From positions 2,880,001-2,912,000 of the forward strand of contig NZ_LT934425.1 in NCBI RefSeq assembly GCF_900232105.1: DNA of 32,000 nucleotides. The letters are read 5' to 3'. The notes beneath the pieces are model-generated. The model saw only the letters and a program-made list of their open reading frames with translations, did no database searches and was not told the origin of the DNA. The stretch's first letter is position 1. Each line of letters opens with the position of its first letter. The stretch comes from Candidatus Kuenenia stuttgartensis (GTDB lineage Bacteria; Planctomycetota; Brocadiia; Brocadiales; Brocadiaceae). The position numbers and the translations under genes are program-made. Shown piece by piece: positions 17,102 through 25,862 of this stretch.

Positions 17102-18292
17102 TTATTCTACCTTTTCTACTCCTAAAGCCTTCGCCATACCCAGCAACGCTCTGCCAACCAGAGAGCGTTTCATCTCTATTGCATGAAAATCGCATACCTC
17201 ATCACAGCAAAAACAACCAATACATTTCTTTTTGTCGACCTCTACTTTTCCCGTGTCTTTTGACATGGCGCCGGCAGGGCAATTTCTTACACACTCATAA
17301 CACCTTGTACAATTGGAATGGTTTACGGTGGAAAAAGTAGAACAGGTATTGTCAAACATCATCGCAAGAAGAAAATTGGGGAGATACTTTCCCGCAAAGT
17401 CCTGTGCACCGCTGGATGGTTTTTTAAAATCATGCACCGCTACATTTTGAATGGATTCTCCTGCTACAGTAATATTGCGCAATTCGCCAATGCCCAAACC
17501 GCGCTGATGTGCAAAACGGATAGTCGGTACGGCCATAGGTTCGAAACCAATGATGTTGCTGGCTACCGTATCCAGCGCGACGCTGTCCCTGCTGGAAATA
17601 ATTAAACCGACCTTTTTTGGGTTTCCCGCATTAGGGCCGTTTCCTTCCATGCCTACAATTGCATCCATTATGATGAGATGAGGCGGCGCCATTTGGTAAA
17701 TATCCACCAACGCCTTGGCAAAGACGGTTGGTTTCGGCGCTATTAAATGGACATTCTTTTTGCCATTGCCCGGTATCGAGCCGAGCATGTTTTTTATCGC
17801 TCCGGTATACTGCGTTAAACCGTGCGTTTTCAGTTTAGGAACGGAAACAATAAAATCTACCTCTCTCAACGTCCTGGCTATACGGAATTTGTCTAAGATT
17901 TCATAATCCTTGTTGTAAACATCGATGTATTTGTCTTTATCAAAATTTACAATCTTTGCGCCGGTATTTTCCGCAATTTCGTTGATACGGGTAACCCGGA
18001 AGGCGTTGAACGTGGAACTGTTTTTTACGCTTCCTGATGAATCCCCAATATATACCTCGCACCCAAAATCTTTCTGAAATATATCCACCAGCGCCCTGAC
18101 AACTGCAGGGTGGGTATTTACCGCTCTTTCCGGGGTTTGTGATGATGAAAGAAGGTTAAGTTTTAACAGTACCTTTTTTCCTGGTCGTACAAGCATTTCA
18201 GTGCCATTAAGCAAGCTTAGAGACCGATGTATCGCATGGTAAACCTTTTCCAGGGTATAATCGTCACATTTTGCAATTGATACTATAGACAT
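17102..18292 (-). CDS. DUF362-domain protein with a C-terminal 2x[4Fe-4S] ferredoxin module
   Basis: The N-terminus is DUF362-like (KVLLKLNLL...THPAVVRALV...IGDSSG). The C-terminus has CTRCYECVRNCP and CIGCFCCDEVC cluster motifs. Confidence 0.8.
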   Translation of the reverse strand: MSIVSIAKCDDYTLEKVYHAIHRSLSLLNGTEMLVRPGKKVLLKLNLLSSSQTPERAVNTHPAVVRALVDIFQKDFGCEVYIGDSSGSVKNSSTFNAFRVTRINEIAENTGAKIVNFDKDKYIDVYNKDYEILDKFRIARTLREVDFIVSVPKLKTHGLTQYTGAIKNMLGSIPGNGKKNVHLIAPKPTVFAKALVDIYQMAPPHLIIMDAIVGMEGNGPNAGNPKKVGLIISSRDSVALDTVASNIIGFEPMAVPTIRFAHQRGLGIGELRNITVAGESIQNVAVHDFKKPSSGAQDFAGKYLPNFLLAMMFDNTCSTFSTVNHSNCTRCYECVRNCPAGAMSKDTGKVEVDKKKCIGCFCCDEVCDFHAIEMKRSLVGRALLGMAKALGVEKVE

Positions 18293-18403
18293 GGGTAAAC
18301 CTCGTAAAATGTTTCTTGTATCTACGTTACAAAAGAAGTCTTTGCTGGGTAATACTATACCACAGCATATATCATGATAGTAGTAAAAATGAGCAGATGG
18401 GTA

Positions 18404-19219
18404 CTAAAATTTAAGAGGCACGGGGGTAAAAGACAGGAGAAAAATAATGAAAAGGGCAATGCCAAGCATCTTTCTCCTGGGATCGAGAGGCGTATATTCA
18501 TCTGCGGGCGAGGGATGTCGAAATCCAAAAATCAGAAGGAGTATGGCAAATAAAATCCAGCCCTTATAAAAAAAAACGGTGATTACGCAAAAAATAAATA
18601 TACCTATACGATAAACGATGTCACTCTTTTTCCCCAGCAGTGCGTACATAATATGTCCTCCGTCAAGCTGCCCGATTGGCAAAAGATTAAGCGCAGTGAC
18701 GAATAATCCGGCCCAGCCTGCAAATGCAAGAGGATGAAGATAAATATCCATTCCTTCCGGCAGCGTTCCAAATAGAAGCTTTGCGATAAATGAAAAGAGT
18801 ACCGGTTCCCCAAGTCCCAGGTAATTTGATGAATCGGCTGGCACAGGTCGTACGTCTGAAAGGATAAGGCCTACTACAATGGCGGGAATGGCAAATACCA
18901 GGCCCATAAGCGGACCTGCCGCGCCAATATCAAACAATGCCCGCTTGTGGGGGATGTGCCCTTTCATTTTTATGACTGCTCCAAATGTACCAAAAGGTGG
19001 CAGTGGGAGGGGTAGAAAATAGGGCAAGGTGGCGTCTACATGGTATTTTCTGCACATAAAAAAATGTCCTAATTCATGAGAAAGCAGGATTGACATAATA
19101 GCTAGTGAATACCATATTCCATTAACGTAATACGTTGTCAGAAAAGTGGCAATAAAAAGCAATACATGGATTCGCACCTTTTTGAAAAAAGGTGGAGATT
19201 TCTGGTCTTCTCTTGTCAT
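18404..19219 (-). CDS. Site-2 protease family (peptidase M50) membrane metalloprotease
   Basis: HELGHFF (HExxH) lies in a TM helix, NLLPIGQLDGGH is the second motif, and the protein is polytopic and hydrophobic. Confidence 0.85.
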   Translation of the reverse strand: MTREDQKSPPFFKKVRIHVLLFIATFLTTYYVNGIWYSLAIMSILLSHELGHFFMCRKYHVDATLPYFLPLPLPPFGTFGAVIKMKGHIPHKRALFDIGAAGPLMGLVFAIPAIVVGLILSDVRPVPADSSNYLGLGEPVLFSFIAKLLFGTLPEGMDIYLHPLAFAGWAGLFVTALNLLPIGQLDGGHIMYALLGKKSDIVYRIGIFIFCVITVFFYKGWILFAILLLIFGFRHPSPADEYTPLDPRRKMLGIALFIIFLLSFTPVPLKF

Positions 19220-19370
19220 TTACCTTTATTTTCCTCTTTCTCAATGTTTTTTTAAATTGTTGCCCGGTAAAAAACCCCTCTTTTTTGTAAGCAATTCTCT
19301 GTTTTCTTCATGTGTTCTTTTTTACATTAACATGTTAAATAAGTTTTGTAAATTATATTAAACGTTAATA

Positions 19371-19400
19371 TTGACATTGCCTCTGGAATCGTGATACTAT
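19371..19400 (+). promoter_or_regulatory. Candidate sigma70-type promoter for nikR
   Basis: TTGACA (19371-19376), then a 16-18-nt spacer, then gTGaTACTAT (an extended -10-like element, 19392-19400). Confidence 0.45.
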
Positions 19401-19468
19401 TTTCCGATTAGTAACATCGTTTAATGTCAAAAAACCAGAGCGTTACGCATAATTTTATATTGAGGCGC

Positions 19469-19888
19469 ATGATGTCTTTTTTGGTTAGATTCGGGGTTTC
19501 TCTGGAAAAGGAACTCCTTAAGAAATTTGATACCCACATAAAGAAGAAAAAATATACCAACCGTTCGGAGGCAATACGTGATCTGATACGCGGTAATTTG
19601 GTGATGGAAGAATGGCAGGAAGGCAAGGAGATTACCGGTTCTATCACACTTGTTTACGATCATCATAAAAGGGAACTGGTAAACATGCTCATTGATATCC
19701 AGCACGACTATCATGGTATTATCCTTTCTTCCCAGCATATCCATCTAGATCATGATAATTGTCTTGAAATCATTGTTATAAAAGGCAAGCCGCAAATGGT
19801 AGAGGAATTATACGGAAAACTGAAATCGGCAAAAGGTGTTAAACACGGGGGCATATCCATGGCAACTACGGGAAAGGGGATTTTGTAA
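19469..19888 (+). CDS. nikR: Nickel-responsive regulator NikR (ribbon-helix-helix + C-terminal metal-binding domain)
   Basis: RFGVSLEKELLKKFD...YTNRSEAIRDLIR is the RHH domain. HDYHGIILSSQHIHLDHDNCLEIIVIKG is the His/Cys nickel-site region. The ATG at 19469/19472 follows GAGG, whereas the ORF-track start at 19424 adds an atypical extension. Confidence 0.85.
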   Translation: MMSFLVRFGVSLEKELLKKFDTHIKKKKYTNRSEAIRDLIRGNLVMEEWQEGKEITGSITLVYDHHKRELVNMLIDIQHDYHGIILSSQHIHLDHDNCLEIIVIKGKPQMVEELYGKLKSAKGVKHGGISMATTGKGIL

Positions 19889-19921
19889 ATATGGCCTTTT
19901 CTAATCAAGCCCGGATTTCTG

Positions 19922-19939
19922 CACTATGCTTGCATAGCG
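19922..19939. promoter_or_regulatory. Imperfect palindrome cactatgc-tt-gcatagcg (possible distal operator)
   Basis: It shares the CTATGC/GCATAG half-site core with the palindrome at 20022-20038, about 90 bp away. It is duplicated at 27095-27112. Confidence 0.25.
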
Positions 19940-20019
19940 GCAAACATGGATACAATGAGAACGGGTTTCCTTCTGCCATTGCAAAAAAACATCCCGGAAT
20001 ATTCGTGATATTATTTTTT

Positions 20020-20047
20020 TTGTGCTATGCAATAGCACGAGTATATT
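20020..20047 (+). promoter_or_regulatory. Candidate cbiM promoter with an embedded perfect 7-3-7 palindrome (putative NikR operator)
   Basis: TTGTGC (20020-20025), 16 nt, then TATATT (20042-20047). The palindrome GTGCTAT-gca-ATAGCAC (20022-20038) fills the spacer. It lies 41 bp upstream of the cbiM start. Confidence 0.4.
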
Positions 20048-20079
20048 ATACGTACTACTGGTAACCGGAGGAGACATTT

Positions 20080-20685
20080 TTGCATATTAGCGACGGAGTA
20101 CTTTCTCCCTACATTGTCATTACCGGATGGGCTGTTGCAGCCCCTTCGTTAGCGATGTCGGTAAAAAGCCTGAAACCTGACAAAGTCGGTGCATACGGAG
20201 TAATTGCCGCTGTTTTTTTTGCAGGTTCGACAATCCACATACCCCTTGGACCTTTCAGCATGCATCTTGTCCTCAATGGTATTGCAGGACTTTTACTGGG
20301 ATGGAGCGCTGTAACCGTAATAACGGTAGGCCTTTTGCTGCAGGCTTTGTTCCTTGGTTTTGGAGGATTGACTGTGTTGGGGGTAAATATTGCTGTTATG
20401 GCGTTGCCTGGCGCGATTATCGGCATGCTTGGACGCCATTGGATGAAACAGTTTTCAGCGAAAAAACGGCCATGGATAGGATCGTTCGCGGGTGGCGGTG
20501 CTGTATGTATTTCGTCCGTTTTACTCTTTGTTGCGCTTTCTACAACCCATGCGGCGCTGGCGCCCCTTGCCAAACTGGTTTTTTGGGGACATGTTCCTGT
20601 CATACTTGTTGAAGGCGTTATCAGTTATTGGCTGGTACACTTTTTGCAAAAAGCAAAACCTTCGTTATTAGGAATTTTACATTGA
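20080..20685 (+). CDS. cbiM: ECF-type Ni/Co transporter substrate-capture component CbiM/NikM (copy 1)
   Basis: TTG start 7 nt after GGAGGA. The N-terminus is the hallmark MHISDGVL (MHIxDG). The protein has about 6 TM helices and is followed by cbiQ and cbiO. Confidence 0.9.
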   Translation: MHISDGVLSPYIVITGWAVAAPSLAMSVKSLKPDKVGAYGVIAAVFFAGSTIHIPLGPFSMHLVLNGIAGLLLGWSAVTVITVGLLLQALFLGFGGLTVLGVNIAVMALPGAIIGMLGRHWMKQFSAKKRPWIGSFAGGGAVCISSVLLFVALSTTHAALAPLAKLVFWGHVPVILVEGVISYWLVHFLQKAKPSLLGILH

Positions 20686-21099
20686 AAGCTTTCTTATTCG
20701 TTTTTTTTTGTATCTTTTTTTCGGTGCCTTTAGCGGTATATGCACACGGACTTTCTCTTTTTTCTAAGGAGAAAACATTGTATGCATCTTACAGCGATCA
20801 TACACCTGCCTCAGGAGCAAAGGTTGTTCTTGTGGATGCAAATGGCGTAATAATTCTTCAGGATAAAATGGATGAAAAGGGGATAGTGGAAGTTGCCGGA
20901 GAATTTGGAGACAATACCTCACTTAATCATTGTAGATGATTCCGGAGGTCATCGTGCAATGATAACATGGGAGGAATTTCTTAAAGAACGCCCAAAGGGG
21001 TTGTTAGACATTTTAAGTATCCGCGTGGTAATTGGAGTCATGTTCATTATCGGCGGCGGTTATGCCATACAACGGTTTTTATTAAAAAAAAAGACATAA
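20682..21099 (+). pseudogene. CbiN/NikL-type 2-TM auxiliary component, frameshifted in copy 1
   Basis: Relative to the intact copy (27855-28271) there is an extra G at 20886 (gatagtgg against gatatgg). This splits the gene into ORFs 20628-20939 and 20893-21099. Confidence 0.75.
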
Positions 21100-21818
21100 T
21101 GCCATTTTGCAAACTACAAAAATTGAAATTGCCGCCGGCTTCTACCCGCACAGGAACGATACTGGTTTTGCTTGTACTGGTGGGTATAGGTTTGCTGAAT
21201 AATTTTGGGCCTCTTGTTGTTTGCCTGTTTATGGTGTTATTGTTTGGTGTATTCACAGTTGGAAACATATTCATTGTTGTATGCCATGCAAAAGGAGTCT
21301 GGGTTTTTTCCCTTCTCACCGGTGTAAGCCTTTTGCTAACAAAAGAGGGCAGAGCGCTTGCCCCAATCCTCATGGTCAAAATGTTTTCAATGTGGTTGTG
21401 GAGTGTAATCTGGATTAAATGGGTGGGATTTGAACGTATTTTGTCAACCTTAGAGAAAATGGGAATACCGGCAATTTTGTTAAATGTCATTGCATTTACC
21501 ACGCGTTTTTTACCTATTATGGGGGAACGGATAAAAATGACGTTTGCCGCACAGTCTTCACGCGGTGCAAAAAAGGGGTTGCGTTCCCTGCAATTACGAA
21601 ACCTTGCCGGGGGGATTGGCAGTGTGCTTTTGTCTAGTTTTGAGCAATCTGAAAATGTTGAACGTGCAATGCAATCACGCGGATTTTGCGGAACATATAC
21701 TATCAGCACAGACAAAGACGAAGCGCCCTCGTATGTTGTTTTGTCTCTGATGTTTTTAATGGCTTTTTTAATTTGGACCGGAGTGATTTGCGATGTCCTG
21801 TGTGGTAAGTGTTTATAA
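21099..21818 (+). CDS. cbiQ: ECF transporter transmembrane (T) component CbiQ/NikQ (copy 1, intact)
   Basis: Polytopic protein with the two coupling-helix motifs AAQSSRGA and ERAMQSRGF. Start and stop overlap as TAATG. Confidence 0.85.
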   Translation: MPFCKLQKLKLPPASTRTGTILVLLVLVGIGLLNNFGPLVVCLFMVLLFGVFTVGNIFIVVCHAKGVWVFSLLTGVSLLLTKEGRALAPILMVKMFSMWLWSVIWIKWVGFERILSTLEKMGIPAILLNVIAFTTRFLPIMGERIKMTFAAQSSRGAKKGLRSLQLRNLAGGIGSVLLSSFEQSENVERAMQSRGFCGTYTISTDKDEAPSYVVLSLMFLMAFLIWTGVICDVLCGKCL

Positions 21819-22521
21819 CGTTACGTTTCTTTATCCGAATGGTGTGCAGGCGATATCAGGATTATCATTTTCCGTTCACCAACATGAAAAGGTGGGTCTG
21901 ATCGGGCCTAGTGGCGCTGGCAAAACAACCCTTTTTTGGCACTTAAACGGGCTTTTAAGACCACATTCGGGAGAAGTTCGTGTTTTGGACAAACCGCTTA
22001 CCGGACTCAAAAATATTAATGAAGTTCGGAAGCATGTCGCCCTTACTTTTCAGCAGGTAAACGATCAGCTTTTTTGTTCTTCCGTCTGGGAGGAAATTGC
22101 ATTTGGACCGAAAAATTTGTATTGGCCAAAGCAGCAGGTGGCAGACACGGTGGAAAAGTGGCTGGCGTATTTTGAATTAAATGATGTTCGGGAACGGCCG
22201 CCGCATCATTTATCGGGAGGGCAGAAGCGCAGGGTTGCACTGGCGGCAGCTATGGCGATGGAACCCGATTTGTTAATCCTCGATGAACCAGCAAACGACC
22301 TGGACCACCGTCATAGACGTAAATTAATAACCTATCTGAAAGGATTAAGAATTGCTCTTCTGGTGGCCTCACATGATTTACGCCTGATAGAGGAATTGAC
22401 CGAACGGTGCATTCTTATGGATAAAGGCAGGATTGTTGCAGACAAAACTACCGTTGAGTTGGTACATAATGAAGGTATTTTAAAAAAGTACGGGATGGAG
22501 GCAATACCGATAAAAGAATAA
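21793..22521 (+). CDS. cbiO: ECF/ABC transporter ATPase CbiO/NikO (copy 1)
   Basis: Walker A is GPSGAGKTT, the signature is LSGGQKRRV, Walker B is LLILDEP and the H-loop is ASHD. Confidence 0.92.
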   Translation: MSCVVSVYNVTFLYPNGVQAISGLSFSVHQHEKVGLIGPSGAGKTTLFWHLNGLLRPHSGEVRVLDKPLTGLKNINEVRKHVALTFQQVNDQLFCSSVWEEIAFGPKNLYWPKQQVADTVEKWLAYFELNDVRERPPHHLSGGQKRRVALAAAMAMEPDLLILDEPANDLDHRHRRKLITYLKGLRIALLVASHDLRLIEELTERCILMDKGRIVADKTTVELVHNEGILKKYGMEAIPIKE

Positions 22522-22601
22522 ATATTTTTTTAATTATGGTGGCACGATAGTAATAAGTGTGCTATTTAATTCCCTTTATTTTGTTAAAAGGAGTTCTTGT
22601 G

Positions 22602-23609
22602 ATGAACAATCGTTTTTTTTACAGTTTTATTCTTATACTTTTTTTCTGTTGCGCAAGTAACGCTGGAAAAGTGTATGCCCATCATGGAGGCGTTTCTACC
22701 GCCTTTGGCCCTGGCGCACCTGTTGAAACTGCATCGCCTATGACTCTCGGGAAAGGGAAATTTTTGCTTTACGAAAAAATAGAATTTGCGTCTTTTGAAC
22801 AAAAGAACCATGCTGACCCTGAAAACATTGAAAACTTTACCTTCTTTAACACATTAGCCGGCTATGGCATTACTGACTATTTATCCCTCTATCTTGTGAT
22901 GCCTTATGCTATTAAAGAACAAGACTCCTTAGGCACATCGAAGGGGTTTGGTGATGCTGGATTTTTAGTACAATACGGTTTTAAGTACGGCGAGAGAAAC
23001 GGGATTCGGGGTTTTTATAATAACGGCCCGGAAGATACTATTGGAGAAAGTTACACGACTAATGATCTGAAAATGTCGGTTTTAGGGGGTTTTACTGTTC
23101 AGACCGGTGATATTACAAACGAAGATAATAATGGCAACAGGTTTGACATGGGCATGCAGACAGGTTTTGCCGCGCCAACGTTTATGACAGGTTTCTCCGC
23201 ATCAAAAATGCTTTTTCAGCACTTTACTCTTACCGGGGAGACATCATTTACCACCTTTACCCGTCATGATGACGGTAAACCTGGAAATGAGATCCGTTTC
23301 AATCTGGCCGGAGGGTATGAAATATTTGAAAATCCTCAGGGATTTTTCCAAAGGGTAGATATTATTACTGAATCAAACTTCCTCCATCTGACAAAAGATG
23401 AAGACGAACACCATCACGATGAAGATGACAGCGGGGGAACGATTCTGTATCTTTCACCTGGCTTTCGCGTTTCTCTTAAGAAAAATATCAGTATCGGAGG
23501 GCTTCTGAAATTTCCCGTATGGAAGGATTTGAACAGGGAATCGGAGCAACAGGGCGCTGAAGGACTTGAACACTATAGGGCAATTCTCACCGTGACATAT
23601 TCTTTTTAA
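22602..23609 (+). CDS. Outer-membrane beta-barrel protein with a His/Asp-rich loop (putative metal channel), copy 1
   Basis: Signal peptide ...NAGKVYA|HHGG. The body shows an alternating beta-strand pattern. There is a DEDEHHHDEDDSGG loop and a C-terminal ...TVTYSF (terminal Phe). An SD (aaggag) lies before GTG/ATG at 22599/22602. Confidence 0.7.
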   Translation: MNNRFFYSFILILFFCCASNAGKVYAHHGGVSTAFGPGAPVETASPMTLGKGKFLLYEKIEFASFEQKNHADPENIENFTFFNTLAGYGITDYLSLYLVMPYAIKEQDSLGTSKGFGDAGFLVQYGFKYGERNGIRGFYNNGPEDTIGESYTTNDLKMSVLGGFTVQTGDITNEDNNGNRFDMGMQTGFAAPTFMTGFSASKMLFQHFTLTGETSFTTFTRHDDGKPGNEIRFNLAGGYEIFENPQGFFQRVDIITESNFLHLTKDEDEHHHDEDDSGGTILYLSPGFRVSLKKNISIGGLLKFPVWKDLNRESEQQGAEGLEHYRAILTVTYSF

Positions 23610-23679
23610 GGACGCCAACCCTGGCAGGGTTTTCTGGTCAATAATACCTTAAACCATTTATAGAGAAGGAGGAAAAATT

Positions 23680-24249
23680 ATGCTAAAAACACGAATATGG
23701 AAAAAGCAGATGATTGCAATACTTTTTTGGGCTTGTTGTACATTTCTGTCTCATCAAAAATGCATATTTGCACATGAAGGCCATGACCACTGGAGTAATA
23801 CCCCTATAACCATTAAAAGATCGACAGTAGTGCATTTGCAGTCGCTATTGGAATCATATGATCTTCTCTACAAAAAACTTATAGAGAAAGATATCCAAAA
23901 TATTCCTGTATTGGCGCAAAATATTATGGATGCTGCGCAACAGGGTGTTCAAACTGAAAATAAAGGTGAGGGGCGTTATATGATGGAACATATTTTTCAG
24001 CATGCGATATCTCTTAAAGAATGTGAAACCCTGGAAAATGCAAAAGAATCTTTAGGGTTAATAAGCCGTGAACTGTTTCCGTTCTTTATTGCATGGCCAA
24101 TGCAGCTTAAAGAAAACAAGTTAAGGCTTTATCATTGTAAAAATGATGAAAAATACTGGTTTCAGGCAGAAAATAGCGCTCCAAATTGCCCTTATGCTCA
24201 CGATGAATTATCAACATGCATTATTATTGAGGAAGTAGCGTATAAATGA
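23680..24249 (+). CDS. Exported helical protein with N-terminal HEGHDH and a C-terminal Cys/His motif (DUF3347-like by recollection), copy 1
   Basis: AAGGAGG SD is present. The signal peptide is ...HQKCIFA|HEGHDHW. The C-terminus is LYHCKNDEKYWFQAENSAPNCPYAHDELSTC. Confidence 0.65.
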   Translation: MLKTRIWKKQMIAILFWACCTFLSHQKCIFAHEGHDHWSNTPITIKRSTVVHLQSLLESYDLLYKKLIEKDIQNIPVLAQNIMDAAQQGVQTENKGEGRYMMEHIFQHAISLKECETLENAKESLGLISRELFPFFIAWPMQLKENKLRLYHCKNDEKYWFQAENSAPNCPYAHDELSTCIIIEEVAYK

Positions 24250-24656
24250 ATTGAACGACCATCTTTGCTTTAGAAAAACATGACAGTCTTATGACACCGT
24301 GTGCCCATAATTGGTCACTGTTTATATCAAGCCTTGCAGGATAGATGCGACTTTGTGTCTTAAGAAAAAAAACCGATGCGTGACCATTTATAGTCTTTCT
24401 GCGTTCTCATGTACTAATTGCATCTTTTTTGTGCTGTAATCGTAACATATTTAACAGTAGTAGCTTGTGCTTTCTTTGGTTGTGGTGGTCGTGTTGTTTT
24501 TTTCGAAATGGCGCACTTCTTGCTAAGTGTTGTTACATACAAAGTGTTTTGTTGTGTATTATTTTGCGCAGAATTTTTTACGGAAGGGGGGTGAATGTAC
24601 GGACGCATTTAAGTGTAAAAGCAGAAATTTTCGTGAGTTAGGATTGAGCAGATGTT

Positions 24657-25820
24657 ATGAATTTTGAAGGAGGTAAGCGAAGAATTATGATACGAAAGGG
24701 AATGATAGGAGCGGTGATGCTTGGAGCTGCGGTAGCGATAAGTGGCGGAGTAGCGACTGCGGGGTATATACAGGGTACGCATGTAAAGACGGATTTACCC
24801 GGGCCGTTTCACATAACGATGTCGCCGGATGGTAGTACGTTATTTATATCGAATCAATCTGGGCACAGTGTAACGTTTGTGGATGCAAGGACGCAGAAGG
24901 TAACGGGTGAGGTCGCTGTGAGGGTACAGCCTGAGGCTTCAGCGGTTACGCCTGACGGGGCATTTTTGTATGTATGTAATGCAGAGAGCGACAGTGTATC
25001 GGTAGTGGACATACAGAGGAAGCAGGAGATCAAGGAGATAAAGGTAGGTGACTGGCCGAGCGGGATCAAGATTTCGCCTGATGGCAAGACTGCCTATGTT
25101 GCATGTTCCGGTTGCATGTGGAACGCGATTGATGTAATTGATACGGGGAGGATGGAGAAGGTAAGGTCGATATATACTTCAGATTACGGTCCCAGGATGG
25201 TGGAGATATCTCCTGATGGGAAGACCCTTGTTGCGATACTTGACACGGTAGGATCGATCAACCGGAGCGTTGATTTTATTGACATTGCCAGTGGCAGGGT
25301 AGTAGAGAACAGGGTAATCCATGAGAGTTCCAACCTGAGGGATGTTGTATATACGCCGGATGGTAAATACATAGCTGTAACCCACCAGACGCCGAAGAAC
25401 TGGTTGCCGGTATGTGAAGCGGAGAATGGTCAGGTATTTACGAACAACGTAACAATCATAGAGACCAAGGCCGGTGGTAAGGTAGCGAGATTACCGTTGG
25501 ACGATCTCAACAATTACGATGGCAATCCGTATGGTATGGCGATGGACCCTAAGGGCAAGTATTTGTACATTGGGGTAAGAGGGATGCATCGTGTAACGAT
25601 ACTGGATATGGATAAGGTATTGGGTCTGGTGAGGAGCAGCACGCAGGAGGAGCTTGATTATCTGAGGGACGACCTTGGGTTGGTAAGAGATTATCTTGTT
25701 GCCAGGGTTCCTACGGGTCTGGGGCCAAGTTCGGTATGTTTATCACCTGACGGCAAATTTTGTTATGCGGCCAACTATTTTTCCAACAATGTAACCGTGA
25801 TAAGGACTGCGGTTGATTAA
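24657..25820 (+). CDS. Exported YVTN-type beta-propeller repeat protein (start may be the ATG at 24687), copy 1
   Basis: Reiterated (S/T)PDGKxxYV.N...V.V(I)D units, for example ISPDGKTAYVAC, ISPDGKTLVAI, YTPDGKYIAVT and LSPDGKFCYAAN. Signal peptide is MIGAVMLGAAVAISGGVATA. Confidence 0.85.
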   Translation: MNFEGGKRRIMIRKGMIGAVMLGAAVAISGGVATAGYIQGTHVKTDLPGPFHITMSPDGSTLFISNQSGHSVTFVDARTQKVTGEVAVRVQPEASAVTPDGAFLYVCNAESDSVSVVDIQRKQEIKEIKVGDWPSGIKISPDGKTAYVACSGCMWNAIDVIDTGRMEKVRSIYTSDYGPRMVEISPDGKTLVAILDTVGSINRSVDFIDIASGRVVENRVIHESSNLRDVVYTPDGKYIAVTHQTPKNWLPVCEAENGQVFTNNVTIIETKAGGKVARLPLDDLNNYDGNPYGMAMDPKGKYLYIGVRGMHRVTILDMDKVLGLVRSSTQEELDYLRDDLGLVRDYLVARVPTGLGPSSVCLSPDGKFCYAANYFSNNVTVIRTAVD

Positions 25821-25862
25821 GGATTGTATGGAGTGTGAGAGTTATTTATTTTTGGAAAACAA

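Noticed and set aside
17538-17548. ggttcgaaacc, a tRNA T-arm-like string
   Set aside because: It is embedded in the DUF362 coding sequence with no cloverleaf-compatible flanks. I found no tRNA in the window.
19889-20079. Possible cobalamin riboswitch upstream of cbiM, as is often found before cbiMNQO
   Set aside because: The leader is only about 190 bp. I find no B12-box-like or GCCACTG-type conserved element. The adjacent nikR and the promoter-embedded palindrome point to protein-mediated nickel control.
20109-20603. 164-aa antisense ORF inside cbiM (and its twin at 27282-27776), plus the 103-aa same-strand alternate-frame ORFs at 20301-20612 and 27474-27785
   Set aside because: All lie within a confidently identified CbiM coding region and have low-complexity Ala/Pro/Thr- or Cys/Arg-rich products with no start context. 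They are frame shadows.
21047-21715. 222-aa antisense ORF across cbiQ (and 28409-28888 in copy 2)
   Set aside because: It is antisense to a recognisable CbiQ gene, has no RBS and has an implausible composition.
24414-24641. Overlapping 64-aa (minus) and 70-aa (plus) ORFs in the 400-bp spacer before the propeller gene (twins at 31587-31814)
   Set aside because: They come from low-complexity GT-rich/AC-rich sequence and lack an RBS. The region is more likely a promoter or leader.
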